Source: a virus
Direction: 5' to 3' (one strand)
DNA length: 64,000 nucleotides
Virus record (IMG/VR): IMGVR_UViG_3300025110_000007
Location: 26,221-90,220 of that record
Below, in pieces: positions 36,969-46,973 of this stretch (positions are counted from its first letter, which is position 1; every line of letters starts with the position of its first letter). The notes under the pieces are model-generated. The model ran no database searches. It was not told the DNA's origin and saw nothing but the letters and a program-made list of their open reading frames with translations. Position numbers and translations under genes: made by a program.

Positions 36969-36996
36969 TACCCCACGATAGACCTGTCATACTATA

Positions 36997-39900
36997 TCAA
37001 GAGGTATGATACACGGCTTTCTCGTCTGTGAGTTCTAAATCGGGGCTCAGTGTGCCGTTTTCCTTGACTTCTTTTTTGTCTTCGGCCTCCTCCTTCTTAT
37101 CTCGCTCGACATCACGCACATCGTAATCGGGCATGGTTTTGTTATCGGTGATGTTCGTAGGGCCACTGGGTGACTCGATAGGTGTGGCGTAATCGATACC
37201 AAGTCCTTTCGTACCAGAATTAGATGCGCCCACTGCACCTACACCGCTCTTAGCGAGCAAACGCATGGCGACCTCAAGTCCCTTGACCATGACTGCTTTC
37301 TTTTTCCAGTCGGTACCTTTGACCTTCTTTGGTTCAATCAGCGGCTCGGCATCATCTTCTGATTCGTGAACCTCTGCCTTCTCTTCGATTTCCATGTTGG
37401 CTTTCAACAAGATACCAACGATTGGTGACCAGAATGGTCGCTGACTTTCAGAAAGCCGAATCAAATAACCGTTATCACTGCGTGGTGTATGAACAGACCA
37501 GCCTGCTTGTGTCTGTGTGGCTTTGTACAGAACAGACCCTTGTTCCATCTGAATGTGAACATTGCTTCCCTTTCTGAAAATTTCAACGCCGTGCTGGTAT
37601 GGTTCGGCCTTAGCCAAAATTCCAAGAGAATCACTGCTGACCAGAGGCTCGCCTTCCGCCTCACCTTCAATCTTGGATGCGTGTACAGTGAACAACTTCT
37701 GCTGTTCTGACGCCTGTGTTTCTGTGACATTGGTCACATCGACCTTCACCAAGTCACCGACATTGTATTTGTCTTCGCTTTCAAAAGCCGCTCCTACATC
37801 CATGTAGTCGTCACCTTCGTACTTGACTCTGCGGTCACCCAAGTCTTCACCGTGCGCAACAGGCCCGGTTCCAAGTCGGTATGTGTAAGGCCCGTCACCT
37901 CGGCGGTCAAGGACCATGAGTACAACTTCTGTACCGCTTTGCAACATGACCCACTTTGGATGACGAGGTTCGCCCTTCATGTAGGCTGACTTGGCGTCAC
38001 GCATGAGAATGCGGTCAGTGTCAAGAGCCTTGACTGCGGAAGCAAGTCCGTCGTCATCAGTGAGTTTTGTGTCGGATGCGCTTGGTACATGCACCATCTC
38101 ATGACTTTCCATGGCTCCACGGAGAATCTTGATGCGCTCTTGTACCGGCATTTCAAATGCGTTTTCGTCATCGTATTCTATGACATCGAAGATGTGCAAC
38201 ACATCCTTGCCACGAATGACATCGACAATGTATTGTTTGTCGCTCACCTTCTTGAAAGCGTCTTTCTCCTCTTCCGACAGGGTTGCCTTGGAGAAAATCT
38301 CACCTTCTTTGTGACCAACGAAAAACCGCTCACCTTCTGGGAATGCACTGACAATCCAGTCGCCAGTGAAACCACGCAAGTGCTCCAAGTCATCCAGTTC
38401 AAAGATACGGTGCATGGGCTGTAAAGACGGCAAGCCCTCTGGCATGTCCTTCCTGATGACATCAGGATTTGTGAGCGAGGCAAGAAGCGAAGGACCGTCC
38501 ATCTTGTTGTGAACTGAGGAGGCATCACTATTATGTGTTCGCCTTGAAGAATTGATTCGCATAGAATGAGGCATACTGTCCAGACTGTGAGCACCCTCGT
38601 GCACTGGACCGAATGCAGAATGATGTTCTGGTGGAGCAAGGGCCAGCACCGAGGGCAATGTCGGAGTAATCAATTGCATCTTTTCTGGGTTGTCCTTCTC
38701 GTACGCTGTCATTTCTCCTGTGGCATGGTCGATGTGAAGACCAAGTGGTACGGTGTGGTTGCGGCTACCCTCATGGTATCTGAGCGAAGGAGAATTGTAA
38801 ATGGCCATGGCGGCATTTGTGTCGTGGCTACCAAGCGGACCTATACTTTGTCGTTCTAACACATGGTCTTCTTGCATACTGTGAGTCTTTCGCTCGTGTT
38901 GTTCATCAACTGGTCGAGCAAGAAAGCCGTCGAGTGCAGAAAGATATTTGCTGACGATTCTCTTGTCATGCTTAGTTCGCTTATCAGACATAGTGTAAGA
39001 AGCAGGAGTGCCCAATTCTGGTTCACCTACATTTCTGCGGCGTTTGTTTTCTCTTTCAATGGATTGTCGAGAAAGCGGATGGTCTGAGGCAGGGAGAGGA
39101 TGGTAAGAAATAAAGTGGTCATCCATCGCTTGCTTATTGCCTACAAGCCCGAAAAACCTCGACATTGTTTGGAAAATTTTACTTCTTCGGTTATGTCTGT
39201 CTGTCCAACCTTCGTGTTGTGCATGAAGCGGGTGAATTTCTTTTCCAAACCTATGAGGGCCTAAAAGTTGAAGGTTTTCCAAGGGTACTTTGTCATTAGG
39301 GGTGTTTGGATAATGCGACCTATTGACAACTCCATCACTTGTCATGCGGAAACTCAATTCGTCTTTCAGATAAGTCGCCAGACTGTCACCGAACTTTTGA
39401 CCGTACACTTCATCCGACATTCCACCCATTCTTCGTATGGTTTCGTCGACTGGGCTGACGATAAATCTCCTGCCAATCTTGTTGTCTTCCTTATTTTTTC
39501 TCATAAGTTGCTTTTTGAGGCGCTTTGCATGCGCTATGATGCTGTCGTCAACCATGTTTGTACGAACCATCAACCCGTCCTCGTTCTCCATCATTTCTGT
39601 CAAGCCCAAATTTTCAAGCCATGTGCCCTCATCAACAGAAGGGTCCACTCTGTACTTTGCTGAGTGCAACATATTGACAAGTAAGTTCTCATGGGACACG
39701 CCTGCACCCGGATTTTTTTCTGCTCTTTGCCCAACAACGGGCATCATGGCCCCAATTTTGTGACTTCCATGTGGAGCAACATTGAGGAAGGTATTCCCTT
39801 GCATCATCAACCAAGCGACCGCTGTGTCAGGTCGTGGGTTTCCAAATTCATCCTTGAACATTTCAAAGGGGTCAAAACCTTGCTCACGACATTTCTGCAA

Positions 39901-42759
39901 GACATGCATAGCCGCTTGTTCAATAGCCTCAATGTGACTGTTGACTCTTGTTTGAAAATTACTTTCACTGTCCAGATGTGTATTACGAGATTTGATTTCT
40001 TTACCACGCTTGTCATAACGCTTTTGAAGTTCGTCCTCAGTCACAATACCAAGTTCGTTCTCAATGTTGAGCAAATCTTGCTCGTGATGGTGTATTTCCT
40101 CTTTCAATTCATTCATAGATTCGATTTGTACCGCATCAGGGTTAGGCAAATCTTGAAGTTCATGCAATTTTTCTCGGGCCTCATGAAGTTGGATTGACAC
40201 GGCATCGTGGTCATCATGACTATGTTGTTCAGATTCAGTTTCTTCAACTTCATCGACACTCTCAGGCAGTTCGCCTGATTGCCGTGCCTCAAGATAACGC
40301 TTGAGGCCAGCGAGGTCCCCTTCAACAAGCGATTCGCCTCCGTAAATCTCATCATGGCGTTGTCTTGCCAATTCTTTTTGCGTTTGAAGGCTTTGCAAGC
40401 CTTGTTCGACATTCCGAACTGTTGCCTCGGGAATAAGAGGGTTTGCCTTTACTTGTTGCAGAGAACTGAGGTACTGTTGAAGCAACTCTTCTTTCTCAAA
40501 AACGAACTCAGGACTACCCAAAGGAAGCGGTCCCGCTTCTTTTTTCATACGCTTTCTGTACAGCAACCGCTCATAATCTTCTCTTGACCCAGTACTAAAT
40601 TGAGCGGCAGGGGCATCGACTGGTATTTGCCGAGCATCGTGGGCTCTGACTGCTTGGGGGTTCGTCGAGGGCAAACCTGCCCCTATGACTGTGGCTATCT
40701 TGTGGTGAGGAAGTGCTCTTTGCTCTTCCTTGAATGCGGAAGTGTTTCTTTCAATGACACCTTTGCTGGCTCCCAAAAATGGATTGTGTGGCACATGCAG
40801 AGGTGCAAGCGATGAATTAAACCGTTTATTTTTGATTCGTTCTGCTGTTTTGATGTCACCCGCTGACATAGCATTGTTGAACAGAGTGTGTCCTTCATTA
40901 GCATGTAGTCCAGCGAATGTCGATTGTGTACGGGTGGTGTGGTTATTACCATGGCCTATGTTGAAAACAGGACCCGGATTAAGTCCTGTATGTATTGGAT
41001 TGGCTGGTTGAAAAATAAAGGTTTCAGGTCCAAATTTACCGAACCTCATAGGTTCAACTGCCCTATCAGGCATACCAAAACCAGACCGCAGACTATCTGT
41101 CCGAAGATAAGCATATCCACCTTGGTCGAACACAGGCCCTTTGAGAGATGCGATGTCGGTTTCATCAGGTCGGCTGTTGTCACCAAAGTGACTTGCTGTT
41201 TCACCTTCAACCAAATTCGTTGCATGCTCGATGTGTTTTCTGGTTTCATGAGCCTTGCCCATGCCACCTGTTTTCATGTGCGCCTGCGACCAATGATGGC
41301 TCAGTGATTCAGGCTCATTCATTGTGTACTCTTCTGCGTGTGCACCTTCACCTTCGTGCGCAACATGAGGCTGGGAGTGAAAGGCAAAAGCATTTCTTGC
41401 GGCATGGTCCTTGGTGAATTTACTTATTTCATCCTCAAACCTAAGCAAGTATTGTTTGATTTCATCTGGAGTCCAATCAACTGAATTAGGGTTCCACAGT
41501 TCCCCGTACAACGGATGCTGTCCTTGCTCATAGAACTTGTAAGAATCCCCTCTTCTCCGGGTTGAAGCAGGGTCAATACCTGCCGCTAAAAGCATATCAT
41601 TTCTTCCAAATCGAGTTGGGGCTGGACTCTTTGCTGTATTTCTTGGTCGCAATTGACCACCCGTTGGGAGATGATACCCGTGTTTGTGAGGTTGTTTGAA
41701 GTTAGCCCTTTCGGCGTTGTAATTAGTGAGGCGTTGGTGTAAATCAAAAGCCCGTTCTTTGAATTGCGAGAGGAAATACTCATTGTTGTATCTCAAATTA
41801 GGCGTCTTAATCAACTTTGCAAACACTGGGTTAGCGGCATAATTCGGGTGCCCTGTCCAATGTTGAAAGATGGGGGAATAACGCTGTACGAAATTACGCT
41901 TGGCTCGGGGTATGGAGTAATTCTCTAAACCCGGTATGGTTTGATGCTCAAGACTATCCATATCATTGTCGGCCATGTGCTGATACACTTGTACACGCTG
42001 TGCAGGCGTAAGCCATTCCATTCCGTACAAATAGTCCTCTTCACCCATACCTATGCGTCTTCCGCTCTCTTCGTCAATCTCGTCGCTTTGCCAACTCTTG
42101 ACGGCCTGCTTCATGTGTTCTTCTCGCAATGTTTTCTCAAGGGCTTCGCCTTTGGGGCTATTTAGAAAATCCAGTAAGCCCGGTTGTTTCTTCATCAATC
42201 CTTTGAGAAAATTGTAGTAATGAGCCTCATACAAATCGTGATTGCTCTGGTTTTGTGGCAACGCACCTAAACCATCAGGTTTTGTAATGTGTTGAGTGCC
42301 TTGATGCTCCTTTTCCCAAGCGTACTCTTTCTCTTTGTGCTTTTTGGAAACACCATCTGTGAAAAAGGATTCAAGCAGACGAACCCACATAGGTGCAATA
42401 TCGAGTTCTGGATGGGCCTCATGCAAGGGGTCAAAATCAAGCGGTGACACATCTGGAAAGTGCTCTGCGCCCGTACCACGAAGTTCTTCCTTACGACCGA
42501 TTGGAAGGTCGTTGAAGTTTTGAATGCGGTCTTTGGGCCAATGACTACCTCTGTGGACAGGGTCTTCCAAAGGCATTATTCGTTCTGCGTGAGGGTGGGC
42601 ACCCAGCATCGTTTGCTGAAAATCGCCCGGAGTTTCTGCCGCAGATGTTTCAGGTGGCTGACCGTCAAAAAGGGTATCTCTTTGTTCTTCTGTCTGACCA
42701 ACCGACACTGCTTGGTTAGCCTCATCTTCTGCATCTTTCAGCAGAATATCTTCGGACAA
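36997..42759 (-). CDS. 1920-aa head-module protein with degenerate ATP-dependent DNA ligase (NTase+OB) domain near C-terminus
   Basis: 'WIVSAFPEGERFF', 'HIFDVIEYDD..PVQERIKIL', 'ILMRDAKSAYMKGEPRHPKW' and an OB-like 'GDLVKVDV'; GGCGGTGA SD; TTG start. Confidence 0.75.
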   Translation of the reverse strand: MSEDILLKDAEDEANQAVSVGQTEEQRDTLFDGQPPETSAAETPGDFQQTMLGAHPHAERIMPLEDPVHRGSHWPKDRIQNFNDLPIGRKEELRGTGAEHFPDVSPLDFDPLHEAHPELDIAPMWVRLLESFFTDGVSKKHKEKEYAWEKEHQGTQHITKPDGLGALPQNQSNHDLYEAHYYNFLKGLMKKQPGLLDFLNSPKGEALEKTLREEHMKQAVKSWQSDEIDEESGRRIGMGEEDYLYGMEWLTPAQRVQVYQHMADNDMDSLEHQTIPGLENYSIPRAKRNFVQRYSPIFQHWTGHPNYAANPVFAKLIKTPNLRYNNEYFLSQFKERAFDLHQRLTNYNAERANFKQPHKHGYHLPTGGQLRPRNTAKSPAPTRFGRNDMLLAAGIDPASTRRRGDSYKFYEQGQHPLYGELWNPNSVDWTPDEIKQYLLRFEDEISKFTKDHAARNAFAFHSQPHVAHEGEGAHAEEYTMNEPESLSHHWSQAHMKTGGMGKAHETRKHIEHATNLVEGETASHFGDNSRPDETDIASLKGPVFDQGGYAYLRTDSLRSGFGMPDRAVEPMRFGKFGPETFIFQPANPIHTGLNPGPVFNIGHGNNHTTRTQSTFAGLHANEGHTLFNNAMSAGDIKTAERIKNKRFNSSLAPLHVPHNPFLGASKGVIERNTSAFKEEQRALPHHKIATVIGAGLPSTNPQAVRAHDARQIPVDAPAAQFSTGSREDYERLLYRKRMKKEAGPLPLGSPEFVFEKEELLQQYLSSLQQVKANPLIPEATVRNVEQGLQSLQTQKELARQRHDEIYGGESLVEGDLAGLKRYLEARQSGELPESVDEVEETESEQHSHDDHDAVSIQLHEAREKLHELQDLPNPDAVQIESMNELKEEIHHHEQDLLNIENELGIVTEDELQKRYDKRGKEIKSRNTHLDSESNFQTRVNSHIEAIEQAAMHVLQKCREQGFDPFEMFKDEFGNPRPDTAVAWLMMQGNTFLNVAPHGSHKIGAMMPVVGQRAEKNPGAGVSHENLLVNMLHSAKYRVDPSVDEGTWLENLGLTEMMENEDGLMVRTNMVDDSIIAHAKRLKKQLMRKNKEDNKIGRRFIVSPVDETIRRMGGMSDEVYGQKFGDSLATYLKDELSFRMTSDGVVNRSHYPNTPNDKVPLENLQLLGPHRFGKEIHPLHAQHEGWTDRHNRRSKIFQTMSRFFGLVGNKQAMDDHFISYHPLPASDHPLSRQSIERENKRRRNVGEPELGTPASYTMSDKRTKHDKRIVSKYLSALDGFLARPVDEQHERKTHSMQEDHVLERQSIGPLGSHDTNAAMAIYNSPSLRYHEGSRNHTVPLGLHIDHATGEMTAYEKDNPEKMQLITPTLPSVLALAPPEHHSAFGPVHEGAHSLDSMPHSMRINSSRRTHNSDASSVHNKMDGPSLLASLTNPDVIRKDMPEGLPSLQPMHRIFELDDLEHLRGFTGDWIVSAFPEGERFFVGHKEGEIFSKATLSEEEKDAFKKVSDKQYIVDVIRGKDVLHIFDVIEYDDENAFEMPVQERIKILRGAMESHEMVHVPSASDTKLTDDDGLASAVKALDTDRILMRDAKSAYMKGEPRHPKWVMLQSGTEVVLMVLDRRGDGPYTYRLGTGPVAHGEDLGDRRVKYEGDDYMDVGAAFESEDKYNVGDLVKVDVTNVTETQASEQQKLFTVHASKIEGEAEGEPLVSSDSLGILAKAEPYQHGVEIFRKGSNVHIQMEQGSVLYKATQTQAGWSVHTPRSDNGYLIRLSESQRPFWSPIVGILLKANMEIEEKAEVHESEDDAEPLIEPKKVKGTDWKKKAVMVKGLEVAMRLLAKSGVGAVGASNSGTKGLGIDYATPIESPSGPTNITDNKTMPDYDVRDVERDKKEEAEDKKEVKENGTLSPDLELTDEKAVYHTS

Positions 42760-42771
42760 ACGCTCACCGCC

Positions 42772-43122
42772 TCAAGAGCGGTCGTTTGCTTTCTTGTCGC
42801 CGCCGTCGGTCAAGTGCCCTGCGAGCGTTGAGATTGCAGTAGGGTAGTGAGGATTCTTATCGAGAACATTTGATTTCTCAGAGATAGCGCCCTTGTTGGC
42901 AATATCTTCGACAGCGATAGTTCGCTGATTGGTGCTGAAATACTGATTCTGTACACCTGTGTCGCCACCGACTTGAGTATGGAATTGAACATCGTTAAGG
43001 TCAGTTCCTTCTTTCTGTGCGAAAGGAACGCCTTGTTCTTTGAGCAAACGCTGTTCAACATCTTTAGCGGCTTTCAACAGTTGGTCAACTTTAGGGTCAC
43101 GAGGTTCGTATCTTGGTCGCAT
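42772..43122 (-). CDS. Hypothetical head-module protein
   Basis: Likely start MRPRYEP at 43122 after GGAGTGA; contains QLLKAA and RLLKEQ. Confidence 0.65.
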   Translation of the reverse strand: MRPRYEPRDPKVDQLLKAAKDVEQRLLKEQGVPFAQKEGTDLNDVQFHTQVGGDTGVQNQYFSTNQRTIAVEDIANKGAISEKSNVLDKNPHYPTAISTLAGHLTDGGDKKANDRS

Positions 43123-43126
43123 GTTA

Positions 43127-43504
43127 TCACTCCATTCCTGAATTGTTGCCGACTGCGCCTTGGCTCTTGGCTTCGGCGGCAAGTCGATGAATATCTCCCC
43201 AGTCCATTTCGTGGAACTCTTGGTTCGATGCTGGCATGTGGATGCCGTCGACGACTGCGTCAGACTTGAGGAGGTCGTTATGTGAATCTCCTCGGAACAA
43301 ATCTGGCATAACATCAGCAGGCATTGCGCTTCGTCGTGACACAAATCCTGCCTTCTTCAACAAAGCCGCAGGGTCTTGCATCAAACCCTTGAGCACTTCA
43401 TTTTCTGCTTTCAATATCTGCAAGTTGCTGTCCATGGTTTCCATTTTGGAAATCAATGCACTCATCAACTTCTCAGCGACATTTTCCTCTCCTTGGTCGC
43501 TCAT
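43127..43504 (-). CDS. Hypothetical head-module protein (coiled coil)
   Basis: Contains DLLKSD; C-terminal 'EFHEMDWGDIHRLA' resembles the protease/scaffold C-terminus 'DLANMSWDEVHSLA'. Confidence 0.7.
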   Translation of the reverse strand: MSDQGEENVAEKLMSALISKMETMDSNLQILKAENEVLKGLMQDPAALLKKAGFVSRRSAMPADVMPDLFRGDSHNDLLKSDAVVDGIHMPASNQEFHEMDWGDIHRLAAEAKSQGAVGNNSGME

Positions 43505-43513
43505 TTAAATCAC

Positions 43514-43864
43514 TCACAGCGTACGGTTGTTGCGGCCTTGCATAATCGGACCACGACGGTTTGTTCGGATGGTACCGGGCAAAACACGAGTGGTTGCCTC
43601 GTGAACGCCTTGTACCTTGTTGAATTTGCGCACAGGTACTCCTCCGACATAGATGTCGTTGACGCCCTGTGGTGTGACGCTGTTATCCGACTTGGTAATG
43701 GCAGAGTGTACATCGTTTGAAAGGTATTCTGCATACTTCAAGACTTCACTAATGTGAGTACCTGCGTTATACGAATCTTGTTCTTCAAGTGCCTTGTAAA
43801 AAGCGTCAACATGACCTCGCAATTTGCGAGCCATTGGGTCCAATTTCTTTAGGTCCATGTCCAT
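43514..43864 (-). CDS. Hypothetical protein downstream of portal
   Basis: Likely start MDMDLKK after a GGGAG SD. Confidence 0.65.
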   Translation of the reverse strand: MDMDLKKLDPMARKLRGHVDAFYKALEEQDSYNAGTHISEVLKYAEYLSNDVHSAITKSDNSVTPQGVNDIYVGGVPVRKFNKVQGVHEATTRVLPGTIRTNRRGPIMQGRNNRTL

Positions 43865-43893
43865 GCGATTACTCCCTTTGTCTTTAAGTTTGC

Positions 43894-45612
43894 TCAAAAA
43901 CCACTGGTACTGTCACGGGCTTGTTGAAGTGGTGAGGCGGGTGGGCCTCGTTGCTGAACACTTCCTATTGGTGAGCCTGAGCCCGCTGTTTGGAAGTTTT
44001 GAGGGCTGGCTGGTCCACGGTTGCGAAGACCTACACCTTGTCCTCCGGGGTTCATTGCGGCCATACCTGCATTCGCTTGTCCTGCCAACGCCCCTGCGAG
44101 TTGTGGAGGAATGTTTCGTGTAGGTAAGGCACCGGGCTGACCCATACCGCCCATTGGGGGGCCTCCGCCTTGAGGAGCGCCGGGTGGCATTTCCTGCTTC
44201 TTGTAGATGAATCGGATGTCACGGCCGCCCTCTTCAATGAGTTCAGCCTGATAACCAAGTTGAGCCATACGCTGTGCAATGTTGACTTCCATCTCATCAC
44301 GACGCAAGCGTGTGACTTCGTCTTCCTCTTCGTTGGGATAAAGCGTGAGTTTCCAATCGTGAACATCCATCTCTTCCATCAAACGAGGGAACAGGTTCTC
44401 AGTGTACACTTTGTGTCCGAACTCAACAGCACGGTTGGTGACAAGGACTTGAAGTCCTTCGTTGTTCAATCCGCCAGATTTACCAGTGTCCATCATGAAC
44501 ACATTGGACACACCATAGAAAGCGGCCAGACGAGTTCTCATCTCATCACGCACAGAGATGTATTGCATCTCTTCCAGCGTGTCCATGAACTTAACCCAAT
44601 TGACACCGCCTCGGCCACCTTGGCTTTCGACAGCAATCTTAGGAATGTAGTGCGGGTCACGCTCAAGTTTCTCATCAACGCCTTTCCAGAACGACTTCAT
44701 TGATTCAACATTGTCAGTCGTAATCGAAATAAGACCTCTTGGGACACGGCGTTTGGAATATGCAGTGTACATGTAATTGTCCATAGCCGTAAGTGTCATT
44801 GCCTGACGCCACAGTGTGGCAACAGGGCTACGGCCGTACAACTTTGAAGGCTGGTACTTGCTTACATGCAACACTTCGCCTTCCAAATAATACTGTGACT
44901 TACCTGCGCCTGCTGTGTTGACATGGTGAACATCTTCCAACTCATGGCCACATGTTTCACAATTCTTATCCTGTTCCGAATATCCTCGGACTTGGTCACG
45001 GTGGAGGGGGCACACCTTGTACCGTCCACCACGAACACCACGCTTGTCAGCAACAATACGCATGAAGATAGGGTCACCTCGCAGAAGTTCTTTGATTCTG
45101 TAAAATTGAACTTCGTTGGTTTCTGGGTCAACATAGTACTCTTTGACCATGATAAGGAACGCATCATCAACAATGTTGAGGTCGTACTCAATCTCACGCA
45201 GAACATCCATGAAACGCTGTTCCATTGAATTTCGTTGGTCGATAAGCCACTTAGGGTACACAAGATTGTTAGGGTCGGGTTTTGACAAATCCATGGATTC
45301 ACAATCAACACACTGTTCAACATCATGTTGGTGCTCTTTGTCACACACATTGCACTTCATGTGATACGCCTTCTCCCAATAGTAGCCTCTGCGGAAAATT
45401 TCCTGCTGGAGGGTTGTGATAACTGTGCGGAGAATGACATTTTCTGATGCTACTGAATACAAAGCGGGGATGGTGATGCCCTGTGCGATGACTGGCTCTT
45501 GAATACCGGTGGTCCACAGCGGCATCTGTGGCTCAGGGGTACGACGGCGTCGGAACCTCTCGGATAAATTACTCAATGCTGTACGGACTCTGCCTTTTTC
45601 TTCTGCCATCAT
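43894..45612 (-). CDS. Portal protein with two Zn-ribbon insertions
   Basis: 'EVLHVSKYQPSKLYGRSPV', 'EMQY..RDEMRTRLAAFYGVSNVFM'; CNVC..CVDC and CPLH..CETC inserts. Confidence 0.88.
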   Translation of the reverse strand: MMAEEKGRVRTALSNLSERFRRRRTPEPQMPLWTTGIQEPVIAQGITIPALYSVASENVILRTVITTLQQEIFRRGYYWEKAYHMKCNVCDKEHQHDVEQCVDCESMDLSKPDPNNLVYPKWLIDQRNSMEQRFMDVLREIEYDLNIVDDAFLIMVKEYYVDPETNEVQFYRIKELLRGDPIFMRIVADKRGVRGGRYKVCPLHRDQVRGYSEQDKNCETCGHELEDVHHVNTAGAGKSQYYLEGEVLHVSKYQPSKLYGRSPVATLWRQAMTLTAMDNYMYTAYSKRRVPRGLISITTDNVESMKSFWKGVDEKLERDPHYIPKIAVESQGGRGGVNWVKFMDTLEEMQYISVRDEMRTRLAAFYGVSNVFMMDTGKSGGLNNEGLQVLVTNRAVEFGHKVYTENLFPRLMEEMDVHDWKLTLYPNEEEDEVTRLRRDEMEVNIAQRMAQLGYQAELIEEGGRDIRFIYKKQEMPPGAPQGGGPPMGGMGQPGALPTRNIPPQLAGALAGQANAGMAAMNPGGQGVGLRNRGPASPQNFQTAGSGSPIGSVQQRGPPASPLQQARDSTSGF

Positions 45613-46922
45613 AGCACCTCTTTCCAACTCATGACTGTTTCTTTGTCAATGGTCCAGTCGCCCATTTTTTTATCGAGTTTTTCAGGGTCATCCTTCCAAT
45701 TCTCATGCTGAACAAACAACCGCAGTTGCTCCTTGTGAATAGAACTATCCTCTTCTAAGCACCGCAAAGCGGCTTTTGCTTGAAGTTCTTTCAATTGTAA
45801 GTGAGGAAGGACTCCGTTGAGTACTTTTCGCACATCGGCCTTGGACTGAAAGTTGAGTCTGTGTACCTTACGCTTGCTGTTTTTACCAACGGTTTCATCG
45901 AGGCTTAGAGTGCCACAGCCCAATGTTTTCTGCAAACGCTCACAGTGGTAGCGACCTCTGTCACCAGTGGCCACGGCTGATGCCCGTACTTCGCCACGCT
46001 TGGTGATGAAGATAGAACCATCAGCATCGAAGAAACCAGCGGCATAGGCCCATGGGTCTTTGACAATGATGCCGTCTGTGGACAAGACAACATATTCGCC
46101 CCTGCGAGGTGCCTTGATGATGTCGACTTCTTCACCGTACATGCTGAGGAGTTTGGACATGCGGTTAGAATCAACTCGGCTTGCTCCCTTCTCAATCATG
46201 TTTGATGTGATGTCACGGGCACGCATGTGTCCCTTTTCTGACAACTCTTGCTTGGCCATTTCAAGCCAGCCCTTCTGTTCCTTTGTGAGCGTGTCGATTT
46301 GATGAAGGCCACTGCGCCACATTTTCTTAGCGTCTTGCCGCTGTTCCATTGCTGTGACCCAAGCGTTTTGCTCTTCTGGTCCCCAAACATCTTCAAATTC
46401 ATCAAGCATCTTGAGAGCATCGTCAGCAGATTCCCAAAGCATACAGGCCCTGCGCAATGTGCTTTCTCTTGACTTACCAAAAAGCCGAAGCGATTTGAGA
46501 TTCCTGTCGCTCAAGCCAAGGTTTCGTATGGTATCATGATGATGATGTGCCCAAGGGACAGCGTCAAGTGTTTTCTGTACTTCTTTGGATTTGAGTTCTC
46601 TGACACTATCGATGGCTTTGTCGATGTCATCTTTCATATCTTTCATGTGCCTTCTGGCTCGCTTGAAATTCTTGACGACTTCTTCTGCTCCCTTGCCAAA
46701 GTGACTGATGAACCACGAGTCGCCATTGGCTGGGAAATCGTAGTTCTCAACAAAGATTTCAGGCTCAGGTTGAGGAAGAGTCTGCTTTGCGATGGTAATA
46801 GCATCGATTGGCTGGTGCTTTAGCAGAGGATGTGCTGTCAATGCTGATGCGACAAGGCTGGTCAATTCATCACCGACATCCAACTGATAATAGGATGAGC
46901 CGACTGACAGCGAAGACCACAT
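45609..46922 (-). CDS. Protein with C-terminal single LAGLIDADG domain preceded by a wHTH-like segment
   Basis: 'AYAAGFFDADGSIFI...LQKTLGCG...VLPHLQLKELQA'. Confidence 0.8.
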   Translation of the reverse strand: MWSSLSVGSSYYQLDVGDELTSLVASALTAHPLLKHQPIDAITIAKQTLPQPEPEIFVENYDFPANGDSWFISHFGKGAEEVVKNFKRARRHMKDMKDDIDKAIDSVRELKSKEVQKTLDAVPWAHHHHDTIRNLGLSDRNLKSLRLFGKSRESTLRRACMLWESADDALKMLDEFEDVWGPEEQNAWVTAMEQRQDAKKMWRSGLHQIDTLTKEQKGWLEMAKQELSEKGHMRARDITSNMIEKGASRVDSNRMSKLLSMYGEEVDIIKAPRRGEYVVLSTDGIIVKDPWAYAAGFFDADGSIFITKRGEVRASAVATGDRGRYHCERLQKTLGCGTLSLDETVGKNSKRKVHRLNFQSKADVRKVLNGVLPHLQLKELQAKAALRCLEEDSSIHKEQLRLFVQHENWKDDPEKLDKKMGDWTIDKETVMSWKEVL

Positions 46923-46973
46923 AATTTTCACTCCTGCGTTAGTACTTTATCAGCATTTGGGTCCCTAATTCGA

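Noticed and set aside
37600-38420. Functional ATP-dependent DNA ligase
   Set aside because: Motif I Lys, motif IV Glu-Gly and motif V Lys are absent.
45609-46922. Intein or group I intron in terminase/portal
   Set aside because: TerL and portal are intact separate ORFs; the LAGLIDADG ORF lacks intein N-terminal and His-Asn splice motifs.
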